This document shows positions 30,610 through 40,209 of a DNA stretch of 64,000 nucleotides, piece after piece (within the stretch, counting starts at the first letter, position 1; the number at the start of each line of letters is the position of its first letter). The position numbers were made by a program, and so were the translations under genes. The notes under the pieces are model-generated. The model ran no database searches and was not told the DNA's origin. It worked only from the letters and a program-made list of their open reading frames with translations. The DNA is taken from the NCBI GenBank assembly GCA_934167965.1, contig CAKPMJ010000001.1, positions 108,487 to 172,486 on the forward strand, in the 5' to 3' direction. The stretch comes from an uncultured Clostridia bacterium. GTDB taxonomy: Bacteria > Bacillota > Clostridia > TANB77 > CAG-508.

Positions 30610-32007
30610 ATGGATTTAAAAAAACAGTTAGCTTTATATCAAGAAAAAGCAGAAAAATATTTGAAATTTGTAATTGAGAAATATGTTAAATTGAATTTTG
30701 AATTATATGATATTTTTGATAAAGAAACAGGTTCTGTATATTTAACTGATAAAGATAGTGTTCTATTAAATTCAAGAAATAAAGAACACTCTATTTTTAA
30801 AATTTTTGACATAGATTGTATAGAAAATCATAGAAAATATACATGCAATATGAATGACAGAATTTTATTAAGAGGACCTCTAAATTATTATTTTGGCTTT
30901 TGTTATTTAAGTGATTTAGATGTTACTAATGAACAAATATTAAATACTTTAGAATATGTTAAAAATTTTATCGTTATTAGTAAAGATGAAAAATATGAAA
31001 AATTTAATTATGAAAATATTTTAGATGTAAAAACTATTTTAGCAATTATAGATGTTATAAGAAATAGTATAATAATTAATTTGTTTTTTTGCCTGATGAA
31101 AGAGAATAATATAAAAGATATATATGTATATAAAGAAGAGGATAATGTTTTAGCTAATGAGTTTTATGAATTATTAAAAAAAGTTGAAAATAAAATTTAT
31201 GATATTGTTTTTGAACAAAGATACAGATTAGTAGAAGATTATGATGAAATAGTTGATGAATTTTTAAGATTACAAACAACATTAATTAAAGAAATAAAAG
31301 AAAATCAAGATGACTATAAAAATGATTTATATATAAGATACAGAAAATCAAGAGAAGCAGATTGTGTAATTGAAAATATAATGTGTATAAAATATGCTAT
31401 AGAAGAAATTTTAGAACAGAAAAAAGATATAATAAATAAAAATAATTTGTATGTACTAGGATTAAATTATGGTTCAATAGAGTTGATAGCTATTGTGGAT
31501 ATTATCCTAGAAAGAAAAGAAATAAAACATATATCTGGAAATATAATGAAAAAATTTAGAAAGGTATATGTAGAAGCAGTAAATAAACAAAATAACATAA
31601 TAAACAATAAAATAGAAAAAAATTCATACTATATAATTGTAGATGAAAACATAATGACAGGAAGAACTTTAGAAAATGCAAAAAACTATTTAGAAAACTT
31701 TAATTTGAAATCATTAGATACAATTATTATAAAGTATCCAACCATTGCTAGAATTAAAAATATAATTAATGTAGAAGAGAGTATTTACATAGAATTATTG
31801 AAAGAAATAAAGGGAATGTTAGTACCAACATACTATTCAAAGTTATGTGAGTATAGAAATGATTTTATATTTCCCTATGTGGATAAGTTGGGAACATTTG
31901 ATTTATATAAATATGAGCTTTTAAAAAACTTATATAAAAATGGAGAATATATAGAAGAATCAGCAGTTGGAAGAGTGGCAGGATACTATGAAAATATATT
32001 TTTTTAG
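30610..32007 (+). CDS. fusion protein: unknown helical N-terminal domain + type I phosphoribosyltransferase-like C-terminal domain
   Basis: The C-terminal YYIIVDENIMTGRTLENA matches the PRPP-binding loop pattern (four hydrophobic residues, D-[DE], x2, TG.T). The N-terminal 300 aa or so has no recognisable motif. AAGGGGA RBS before the ATG at 30610. Confidence 0.5.
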   Translation: MDLKKQLALYQEKAEKYLKFVIEKYVKLNFELYDIFDKETGSVYLTDKDSVLLNSRNKEHSIFKIFDIDCIENHRKYTCNMNDRILLRGPLNYYFGFCYLSDLDVTNEQILNTLEYVKNFIVISKDEKYEKFNYENILDVKTILAIIDVIRNSIIINLFFCLMKENNIKDIYVYKEEDNVLANEFYELLKKVENKIYDIVFEQRYRLVEDYDEIVDEFLRLQTTLIKEIKENQDDYKNDLYIRYRKSREADCVIENIMCIKYAIEEILEQKKDIINKNNLYVLGLNYGSIELIAIVDIILERKEIKHISGNIMKKFRKVYVEAVNKQNNIINNKIEKNSYYIIVDENIMTGRTLENAKNYLENFNLKSLDTIIIKYPTIARIKNIINVEESIYIELLKEIKGMLVPTYYSKLCEYRNDFIFPYVDKLGTFDLYKYELLKNLYKNGEYIEESAVGRVAGYYENIFF

Positions 32008-32016
32008 GAGATTGTA

Positions 32017-32595
32017 ATGAAATATGGTTTTGATTTAGATGACACACTTGCTGATACAGCTAGTGTTATAAATAAATATGCAATAAAGTTTGATAAAGAG
32101 TATCTTAATGGGAATGGAGACCTACAAGATATTAATAATTCGAAAAGTTATTATTATTTTGCAGAAGGATTAAATTGGAATAAAGAGAACATAGCAAAAT
32201 TTTTTGAAATATATTATTTAGACATACTTAAAGAAGTTAAAATAAAACCTTTTGTAAAAGAAACAATAAACAAATTGAAAAAAGAAAAAAATGAAGTTTA
32301 TATCATTACAGCAAGAAGGAAAAGAGAAGGTGAAATAGTAGAAAAAATTACAAATGAATGGTTAAATAATAACGGGATTTTGTATAATGAGTTATTTATA
32401 AACATTAAAGAAAAATCTAAAATAGTAAATCAATTAAAAATAGATATATTTATTGATGATAGTTATGAAAATTGTATAGATGTAAAAACAAATACAGATG
32501 CAAAAGTGTATATGTTAAGTACTAAATATAATACTGGAATTTTAGATAAGCAACTAGAGAGAATAAACAATATATATGAGTTAATTAGTAAATAA
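32017..32595 (+). CDS. HAD-superfamily phosphatase (NT5C-like)
   Basis: Motif I FDLDDTL, IITARR and IFIDDS. Same architecture as the ORF at 15049. Confidence 0.65.
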   Translation: MKYGFDLDDTLADTASVINKYAIKFDKEYLNGNGDLQDINNSKSYYYFAEGLNWNKENIAKFFEIYYLDILKEVKIKPFVKETINKLKKEKNEVYIITARRKREGEIVEKITNEWLNNNGILYNELFINIKEKSKIVNQLKIDIFIDDSYENCIDVKTNTDAKVYMLSTKYNTGILDKQLERINNIYELISK

Positions 32596-32610
32596 GAAGG
32601 GGAAATGTTT

Positions 32611-33360
32611 ATGAATATTGTGGTAACAGGAGGAAACGGAAAACTAGGACAGAATATAGTGGAAAGATTAAAAGAAAAGAATAATATTATGCTGCTTACA
32701 AGAAATATAGAAAAAACTAAAAAAATTTTTAATAAAAATAAAAATATTTATAATTATAAATGTGATTTAGAAAATAGTGAAGATATTAATAATGCGATTT
32801 TATCGATAATGCGAGATTTTAATAAAATAGATATAATAATAAATAATGCAGCAGTAGATATTGATCAGCCGATGATAGACACAACAAAAGAAGAATTTGA
32901 AAAAATTATGAAAATAAATTTATTTGCACCATATTATATATGCCAAAAGGTAATTCCTTATATGAAGAATATGAAATTTGGAAAAATAATAAATATATCT
33001 TCAGATTTGAGTGTTAGAACTGTAAAAAATGCAACAGAATATTCTATTTCAAAAGCAGGTTTAGATGCGTTGACAAGATCTATTGCAGTTGAATATGGAG
33101 AATATGGAATTAGAGCTAATACAATAAATATAAATGGAATGAAAGGATATACAACGAAAATAAATGAGATAACAGATATATTTAGCAAAAATGATGAAGA
33201 TTATGATGATTGGAAACAACCTAAAGAAAGAATACCTTTGAGTAGAAGAGGTACATTTGATGAATTTGTAGATGTAATTGAATTTTTATGTTCTGAAAAA
33301 TCTAATTATATTACTGGTGTTAATATACCAGTAGATGGTGGAATTATTGCAAAATTATAA
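32611..33360 (+). CDS. short-chain dehydrogenase/reductase (SDR)
   Basis: VTGGNGKLGQ (TGxxxGxG), NNAA, and catalytic S...YSISK (YxxxK). Confidence 0.85.
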   Translation: MNIVVTGGNGKLGQNIVERLKEKNNIMLLTRNIEKTKKIFNKNKNIYNYKCDLENSEDINNAILSIMRDFNKIDIIINNAAVDIDQPMIDTTKEEFEKIMKINLFAPYYICQKVIPYMKNMKFGKIINISSDLSVRTVKNATEYSISKAGLDALTRSIAVEYGEYGIRANTININGMKGYTTKINEITDIFSKNDEDYDDWKQPKERIPLSRRGTFDEFVDVIEFLCSEKSNYITGVNIPVDGGIIAKL

Positions 33361-33372
33361 AGGAGAATTAGT

Positions 33373-35130
33373 ATGTGTGGAATAGTAGGAAGATATAATA
33401 TTAACAAAAAGGTGGAAAAACATAATATAGAAGAAATGTTGAATTCTATAATACATAGAGGACCAGATGATAGTGGAATATGGGTAGAAAACAATATAGG
33501 ATTGGGTCATAGATTATTGAAAATACAAGATTTGTCAGAAAAATCAGTTCAACCATATAAATATCAAAACTTGGTAATGGCTTTTAATGGTGAAATATAT
33601 AATTATGAAGAATTAAAAAAAGAACTAAAGATAAAAGGCATACAATTTAATACTGTAGGAGATACAGAAGTTTTAATAAAGTGTTTTTATGAATGGGGTA
33701 TAGAGAAAACACTAAACAAGATAGAAGGTTGCTTTGCAATAGCATTATATGATAAAGAAAAAGAAAAGTTATATTTAATAAGGGATAGATTTGGAATTAA
33801 ACCTTTTCACTACTATAGAGATAATGATTGCATTTTATTTGGTTCAGAAATTAAAGCAATATTAAAAAATAAGGAAGTTAGAAGGGAATATAATAAAGAG
33901 AATGTTATGGTATCTCTAGCATGTAGATTATGGATGCATCCTAAATGGACTATGTTTAAAGATATTTATAATATTGAACCTGGTTCTTATATAGAAATAA
34001 GTAAAGATTCATTTGAACAAAAACAATATTATGAAATTAACTATGAAAAAGAAATATTAGATGAGAATGAAGCAATAGAAAGATTTGGAAAAGAATTTAA
34101 AGATTCTATTAATAAAAAATTAATATCTAAAGTACCAATTGCAGCATTTTTATCAGGTGGAATTGATAGTAGTTTATTATGCAAAACAGCACAAGATAAT
34201 TTAGAGGAACAATTAAACACTTATACAATTTGTTACGAAGATGATAATAACTTGGATTTAATACATGCAGAAGAATTAGCACAGAAGGAAAATTTTAAAC
34301 AAAATAACATACTAATAACAGAAGATTATTATACAATTGAAAATATAGACAAAGTAATACATTCAGTAGAGGAAATATTAATAGATAAAGTATATTTACC
34401 AGTATATTTTAATTATAAAGCAGCGAAAGATGATGGATTTACAGTTGTTTTAAATGGACAAGGTTCAGATGAAGTTTGGTTAGGATATATTTTTAATTGG
34501 AATATTTTTAATTATACTAAAGAAACAGATAGCATTGAAAAATTAATTAATGAATACTATATGCCTAATATTATATTTAAAGATAAATTTAGTGTTGAGT
34601 TTAAAGATAAGATAAAAGATACATTAAGAGAATATTTAGCAGATACTTTAACTAAATACTCTAAAGATAATGATAATGATAAATTGAATGAATATTCTAT
34701 CATGTCTATAAAGACAATTCTACATGATTTATTACTGCAAGAAGACAAATTAGCTATGGCCCATAGTGTAGAAAGTAGAGTTCCTTTTGTTGACAATCAT
34801 AGATTAGTAGAATTGTCAATGAAGATACCAGGAAAATTAAAAATTAAAGATGATAGAGAGAAATATATTTTAAGACAATATGGAAAAGATTTATTACCAG
34901 AAAGCATAATTAAAAGAAGAAAATATGCATTTCCAGAACCACCGAATGTTTATGATAAGAAAATAAGAAAAATTTGTGAAGAACACTGGAATGATATTAC
35001 AAAAAGTGTAATTGTAAATGAAATGATTGACAAACAATATTTAAAAGGAGCAGAGATGTTTACAGACAGAGAATTGTGGTGGATTTTAGTTTATTGGAGA
35101 TTTGAAAATATTTTCAAAATGGAGGTTTAA
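33373..35130 (+). CDS. asparagine synthase (glutamine-hydrolysing)-like amidotransferase
   Basis: MCGIVG N-terminal nucleophile, HRGPDD, GDTEVL, and the PP-loop AAFLSGGIDSS. 585 aa. Confidence 0.85.
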   Translation: MCGIVGRYNINKKVEKHNIEEMLNSIIHRGPDDSGIWVENNIGLGHRLLKIQDLSEKSVQPYKYQNLVMAFNGEIYNYEELKKELKIKGIQFNTVGDTEVLIKCFYEWGIEKTLNKIEGCFAIALYDKEKEKLYLIRDRFGIKPFHYYRDNDCILFGSEIKAILKNKEVRREYNKENVMVSLACRLWMHPKWTMFKDIYNIEPGSYIEISKDSFEQKQYYEINYEKEILDENEAIERFGKEFKDSINKKLISKVPIAAFLSGGIDSSLLCKTAQDNLEEQLNTYTICYEDDNNLDLIHAEELAQKENFKQNNILITEDYYTIENIDKVIHSVEEILIDKVYLPVYFNYKAAKDDGFTVVLNGQGSDEVWLGYIFNWNIFNYTKETDSIEKLINEYYMPNIIFKDKFSVEFKDKIKDTLREYLADTLTKYSKDNDNDKLNEYSIMSIKTILHDLLLQEDKLAMAHSVESRVPFVDNHRLVELSMKIPGKLKIKDDREKYILRQYGKDLLPESIIKRRKYAFPEPPNVYDKKIRKICEEHWNDITKSVIVNEMIDKQYLKGAEMFTDRELWWILVYWRFENIFKMEV

Positions 35131-35132
35131 TA

Positions 35133-36596
35133 GTGAAAAATATAATTGAAGAATGTTATTTGAATATGGAAAACAAAGAAAAAATCTTTGCAGTATATAG
35201 TGATATAAATTCAGAGGATAAGAAATTAACTTATGGAGAAATAAAAAATACTATAATTGCAATTAATAAAATTATAGGTGTAAATAATTATAAAAAAGCT
35301 ATAGGAATATTGATTGAGAATAAATTAGAATTTGTAAAAGCGTTTTTTGCTATACTATTTAATGGATATACTGTTGTTGGAATTGATCCTAAAATATCAG
35401 AAGAAGGATTAGATAAAATAATAGAAGATAATAAATTAACTACAATATTAACAAATGATAATAACATTTCAAAATTATCTAAATATAAAGATAAAAATAT
35501 TATAAATATAGAAAAAATTAATATACAAGTTAATGAAACAGAAAAATTACTTCCGATAGAAAGCAACTTTAATGATATAATAATAATTTCATATACTAGC
35601 GGAACGAGTGGCAAATTTTCAAAGGGAGTAAAATTAAGCAATGAAAATATATCATTTGTTTCAGAAGAATATAAAAAAGTATATAAATTAGATGAAAATT
35701 CTAAAATTATTACAGTGCTTCCGTTGTGGCATAACTATGCTATGTTTGCATGTCTAACAAGTGCAATGAGAGCAAATTCAGAAATAATAATTATGAATGA
35801 ATGGAACATGGATAATTTTATTTATATAAATAAAAAGTATAAACCAGATATTTTTCCAGGTTCCCCATATATGTACATAGATATTATAAATAGAGATTTG
35901 GATAGTATAGATATTTCTTCATTAAGAATTTGTGATTCAGGAGGAGATTCATTACCAATAGAATGTATAAAAAAATTCGAAGAAAAAACAAATGCTATAA
36001 TAACAGAAGGATATGGATTAACTGAAACAGCATCATTAACACATTTTAATTATTCAGCAAAGCAAAGGAAAATTGGAAGTCTAGGTAAATGTGTAACAAA
36101 TGTAGAATGTAAAATTACTGATTTGAATGAGAATATAATCGAAAATGGAAAATGGGGATTATTATGGATAAAAGGTCCAATGGTTTTTAAAGGCTATATA
36201 AAAAATGAAGAATTGACTAAAGAGGTTTTGGATGAAGATGGGTGGTTTAATACAAAAGATGTGGTAAAAGTAGATAATGAAGGATATTATTATATCGCAG
36301 GACGTTTATCCGATATTCAAAATTTTAGTCAGAATGATATAACGCTTAGAGAAATTGAAAACATATTATATAAATTTAATGGAATGAAAAGGGTATTTAT
36401 AAAAAAAGAATTTAACAAAGAAACTAAATTTTATTTTTATAATATATATGCTGTATTAAAAGATAAATATAATATAAGTCAATTATATGACTATATAAGA
36501 AAAGAATTAAATAATATAGTAGTAAATAATGTTGAAGTTTTAGATGAATTGCCAACAACAGGCACAGGAAAAATAAAAAGAAATAAATTAAAATAG
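35133..36596 (+). CDS. adenylate-forming enzyme (acyl-CoA synthetase/AMP-ligase superfamily)
   Basis: AMP-binding signature SYTSGTSGKFSKGV, EGYGLTET, and the C-terminal TGTGKIKRNKL. GTG start 7 nt after GGAGG. Confidence 0.85.
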   Translation: MKNIIEECYLNMENKEKIFAVYSDINSEDKKLTYGEIKNTIIAINKIIGVNNYKKAIGILIENKLEFVKAFFAILFNGYTVVGIDPKISEEGLDKIIEDNKLTTILTNDNNISKLSKYKDKNIINIEKINIQVNETEKLLPIESNFNDIIIISYTSGTSGKFSKGVKLSNENISFVSEEYKKVYKLDENSKIITVLPLWHNYAMFACLTSAMRANSEIIIMNEWNMDNFIYINKKYKPDIFPGSPYMYIDIINRDLDSIDISSLRICDSGGDSLPIECIKKFEEKTNAIITEGYGLTETASLTHFNYSAKQRKIGSLGKCVTNVECKITDLNENIIENGKWGLLWIKGPMVFKGYIKNEELTKEVLDEDGWFNTKDVVKVDNEGYYYIAGRLSDIQNFSQNDITLREIENILYKFNGMKRVFIKKEFNKETKFYFYNIYAVLKDKYNISQLYDYIRKELNNIVVNNVEVLDELPTTGTGKIKRNKLK

Positions 36597-36607
36597 AGGG
36601 GGAAAAA

Positions 36608-37669
36608 ATGGCTCATTGTAGAAAAAAATGTATAAGCATTTTACTTACAGATGATTGTAATTTAAGATGTAAATATTGTTATTGCGGAGAAGAAAGAAAA
36701 AAAGATAGTATTAATGTAAAATTTGTTAAACGTGCTATAAGTGATTTTAAAAATCAAGGTAATAAATTATTCGTAAGATTTTTTGGGAATGGAGAGCCCA
36801 CATTAGAATTCGAAAAAATAAAAGAAATAAATGATTATACCAAAAGTTTGGACAATGATGCAATATTTGAAATCCAAACAAACGGAACATTTAACAAAGA
36901 AATTGCTGAATGGATATCTGAACATATTGACATTGTTTGGATTTCATATGATGGAACAACGGAGACAAATGACTTTTATAGGGTTAATAAAAATAATGAT
37001 GGTGTTAGCAAAATAGTAGAGAACAATATAAAATTCTTAAATGGGAAAGTAAAAGAACTTGGAGTAAGAGCTACAATAGGTAATAAAAACCTATATAAAC
37101 AAATAGACATTGTTGATAAAATGGAAGAATTGGGGATTAAATATTTATATAGTGATTTAATGTTTGCTAATGTGGAAAATAAGTTATATTATGAAGATGA
37201 AATTAATCCACTTGAATATGCAAAAGAATTTTTGAAAGCAAGGAAATATGCAAAAGAAAAAGGTATTTATTATGGTTCTTTTTTTACAGTTAATTTTGAT
37301 GAAAAAACAAATATTTCTTGTAGAGCATGCATTCCAATGCCACATTTAACTGTAGATGGATATGTAAGTTGTTGTGATATGGGATATTCTGATGATAAAC
37401 TAAGTGAACTTTTATATGGAAAATATGATGAAAGTAAAGATATAATTATATATGATGAAGAAAAAATAAAAAATATAAAAGCAAGAACAGTAGACAATCT
37501 AAAAGAATGTAATGATTGTCCTGTTAAATATTATTGTGCAGGAGGCTGTATTGGTGAGGCAATTAATGAAAATGGAACTATATACAGTATAAAAAGTAAA
37601 AATTGTGAAGCTATAAAATATCTAGCTGAAGAATTGTTGCTAGAAAAAATACCTGCTTTACATCCATAG
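36608..37669 (+). CDS. radical SAM/SPASM domain protein
   Basis: Canonical CNLRCKYC (CX3CX2C), GNGEPTL, and the C-terminal SPASM cysteines CRAC...CC...CNDCPVKYYCAGGC. Confidence 0.85.
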   Translation: MAHCRKKCISILLTDDCNLRCKYCYCGEERKKDSINVKFVKRAISDFKNQGNKLFVRFFGNGEPTLEFEKIKEINDYTKSLDNDAIFEIQTNGTFNKEIAEWISEHIDIVWISYDGTTETNDFYRVNKNNDGVSKIVENNIKFLNGKVKELGVRATIGNKNLYKQIDIVDKMEELGIKYLYSDLMFANVENKLYYEDEINPLEYAKEFLKARKYAKEKGIYYGSFFTVNFDEKTNISCRACIPMPHLTVDGYVSCCDMGYSDDKLSELLYGKYDESKDIIIYDEEKIKNIKARTVDNLKECNDCPVKYYCAGGCIGEAINENGTIYSIKSKNCEAIKYLAEELLLEKIPALHP

Positions 37670-37686
37670 AAAGAAGGACAATGCAT

Positions 37687-38817
37687 ATGGAAAAATATAG
37701 AAATGAAAGTTATTGGAAAAAATATAATCCGGATTTGTATAAGACAATAGTAATTGTTTACAAAGATATAGAAGTTTTAGAATATATAGAGAGATATAAA
37801 AAAAATATAGATTATATATGTAATCCTAATGAAATTAAAATGTTAGAAAAATATGAAGCAATAATGAATATTCCATTGGAAAAAATAAAAGAATTGCCGA
37901 TTACTTACAATATAGTAGTTGATGAAATTAATGAATCAAACAATAATATGCTACAAGAATTAAAAAACATGAAATTTAAAATATATTGTTATACAGATGG
38001 AATACTGGAAAGATTAGATTATTTAGAACAGAAAATAGAAAAAAATATTTTAAAATATACAAACAGAATATCAATTGAATTATCTAATTTGTGTAACTAT
38101 TCTAGACAACACTTAAAATGTCCTTTAAACTCAACAAGTGTTGAAAAGAAAATATTATCTCTAAAAGTTATAGAAGGAATATTGAAAGAAATATCAGATT
38201 ATAATTTTGCGGGAATCATATCTTTTCATACATATAATGAACCATTAATTGATCCTAGACTTTTTTATATAATAGATATGACAAAAAAATATTGCCCAAA
38301 AGCAGAAGTTTTTATTTTGAGTAATGGATTTTATTTTAATCAAAATATAGCAAATGAATTAGTGGATATAGGTGTGGACCGTATAGATATTACAGCATAT
38401 TCGTTGAAGGAATTTGAAGAATTAAAAAAAATCAATGTAAAAATACCATATAGTGTTTTTCCGGCTTTTAAAATAACAGATTTAGATGATAGAAAAGATA
38501 TTTATAATAAAATAAATATTAGTGAAAAAATTAACAAACCATGCTATAATATATTAAATGATATGATTATAACATGTAATGGAAAAATTGATTTATGTTG
38601 TTTTGATTGGAAAAGAAAGTACTGTTTTGGTGATTTAGAAAAGCAAACTATAAAACAAATAATTGTGGAAACAGAGTTATATAAAAGTTTTATTGAATTG
38701 GCAAAAGGAGTAAGAAAAAAAGAAATTTGTCAAAATTGTATAAACTCAAAAACAAAACCAATTTTAGATTTTAATTTTAATGGTATAACATATAAAAGTA
38801 ATATTGGAGGAAATTAA
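37687..38817 (+). CDS. radical-SAM-fold-like/SPASM protein with degenerate N-terminal Cys motif
   Basis: ELSNLCNYSRQHLKCP (only C-x8-C) sits where CX3CX2C is expected, followed by a YNEPL(I) glycine-rich-equivalent region. C-terminal SPASM-like C...CNGKIDLCCFD...CFGDL...CQNC. Confidence 0.5.
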   Translation: MEKYRNESYWKKYNPDLYKTIVIVYKDIEVLEYIERYKKNIDYICNPNEIKMLEKYEAIMNIPLEKIKELPITYNIVVDEINESNNNMLQELKNMKFKIYCYTDGILERLDYLEQKIEKNILKYTNRISIELSNLCNYSRQHLKCPLNSTSVEKKILSLKVIEGILKEISDYNFAGIISFHTYNEPLIDPRLFYIIDMTKKYCPKAEVFILSNGFYFNQNIANELVDIGVDRIDITAYSLKEFEELKKINVKIPYSVFPAFKITDLDDRKDIYNKINISEKINKPCYNILNDMIITCNGKIDLCCFDWKRKYCFGDLEKQTIKQIIVETELYKSFIELAKGVRKKEICQNCINSKTKPILDFNFNGITYKSNIGGN

Positions 38818-38818
38818 A

Positions 38819-40201
38819 ATGAATGAATGTAAAATATTATTAATAGATCCTTTTTGTAAAAATCCTAAATATGAATCTCCTAATGCTAAATTAGGATATA
38901 CTAGTGCTATATTAGAAAAAAAAGGATATGAAACAGAAATATTAGACTTTTTAATTAATGAGATAGAAAATGTAAAAGAACAAGAATTTTTGAAATTGAA
39001 AAGACGTTTTTATGAACAAATTATAAAAGTAGCAAAAGAATACAAATTTGTATATATAAATTGTGAGTATGGATTATTAAAGACTTGCATTGATATAGCA
39101 AAAATGTTGCCTGAAAATATTGTTATAGTAGGAGGAACATTTACAAACTATTTATATGCTGCTAAACAATTAGATTTGAATAAATTAGAAGCAATTAATT
39201 ATATATCATTGGGTGATCCAGAATGTGATGTTATTAATATTGTTGAAAAGAAAGAAAAATATATAGTAGAAAAATATAAGGATATAAATCTTTACAATTC
39301 AGGAATGATTAATAAATTAGATGAAATTCCATATCCAAATTGGGGAAAATATGATTTATCAAAATATGATGGAAAATTATATTTAGTAGCTTCTAAAAGT
39401 TGTAGTTATAATAAGTGTAAATTTTGTGATGAAAGATTAATTTGGGGAAATAGATTTAGAATTAGAAATTATGAAAACATAATTGATGAAATCAAATATG
39501 ATATTGAAAATTATAATATTAATCAATTTTTCTTTTGGGATGCAAGTATTACAGCATATCCATATTTAAAAGAACTTTGTGAAAGAATAATTGAAGAAAA
39601 AATAGATTGTAAATGGACAGCATTGATAAGAGCAGATGAAATAACTGAAGAAATGGCAATATTAATGAAAAATGCTGGATGCTATTCTATTGAGATAGGA
39701 ATTGAATCATTAAATAATGAAGTTCTAGAATCAATGAATAAAGGTGAAGATGTTGCAACCATTGTTAAAGCTATTGAAATTTTGAAGAAAAATGATATTG
39801 TTGTTGAAGGTAGTTTTTTAATTGGATATTATGAAGATACAAAGGAAAGTATTTTAAATACAATTGAGGAATCTAAAAAACTAAATATAGATTTTTATAG
39901 ATGGCACAATTTAGAATTAGCGGCTGAATATTTATTAAATAATCCTAATGTAATTGAAGCAGAATGGCATGAATTAGATTTAAATTATCCAAATCAATTT
40001 TTAAATGAAAAAATTATAGGACATATAGCAGGATATTTTGATATGCATATTGTTTCAAAAATGGGAGATAAAAAGCCAAAAGAATATCCTAATATAAAAA
40101 TAGGAAATTTAACATTGATGGAAATTCATGACTTAACAAGAAAAGCAATAAATGAAACAGCAGATTTAATAACTGAAGAAGGTCATAATCCTTATATTTA
40201 G
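38819..40201 (+). CDS. B12-binding-domain (class B) radical SAM protein
   Basis: N-terminal Rossmann-like ILLIDPF...LGYTSAILEKKGYE..ILDF cobalamin-binding-type domain, then SKSCSYNKCKFCDE (CX4CX2C). GGAGGA RBS before the ATG at 38819. Confidence 0.7.
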   Translation: MNECKILLIDPFCKNPKYESPNAKLGYTSAILEKKGYETEILDFLINEIENVKEQEFLKLKRRFYEQIIKVAKEYKFVYINCEYGLLKTCIDIAKMLPENIVIVGGTFTNYLYAAKQLDLNKLEAINYISLGDPECDVINIVEKKEKYIVEKYKDINLYNSGMINKLDEIPYPNWGKYDLSKYDGKLYLVASKSCSYNKCKFCDERLIWGNRFRIRNYENIIDEIKYDIENYNINQFFFWDASITAYPYLKELCERIIEEKIDCKWTALIRADEITEEMAILMKNAGCYSIEIGIESLNNEVLESMNKGEDVATIVKAIEILKKNDIVVEGSFLIGYYEDTKESILNTIEESKKLNIDFYRWHNLELAAEYLLNNPNVIEAEWHELDLNYPNQFLNEKIIGHIAGYFDMHIVSKMGDKKPKEYPNIKIGNLTLMEIHDLTRKAINETADLITEEGHNPYI

Positions 40202-40209
40202 GAGGAAAT

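Noticed and set aside
15049-32595. The two HAD NT5C-like genes (15049-15618 and 32017-32595) as a recent duplication.
   Set aside because: They share family motifs (DxD, ITAR, IDD) but little else at the protein level and nothing obvious at the DNA level. They are treated as distant paralogues rather than a repeat.
33373-35130. AsnB-like gene acting as a lasso-peptide cyclase.
   Set aside because: There is no transglutaminase-like leader peptidase (B protein), no RRE and no precursor gene nearby. The full-length N-terminal Cys glutaminase domain is intact, as in true amidotransferases.
36608-37669. Prokaryotic viperin-like antiviral radical SAM enzyme.
   Set aside because: The protein carries a multi-Cys SPASM tail and sits inside a long biosynthetic-type operon. 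It lacks the viperin C-terminal extension pattern.
36608-40201. RiPP maturase cassette (rSAM/SPASM + B12-rSAM), which would imply a precursor peptide.
   Set aside because: Intergenic gaps in the operon are at most 17 nt, and I found no short ORF with an RBS in or beside the cluster. The only candidate (ATG at about 30555) lies inside the leader hairpin and overlaps gene 1 out of frame.
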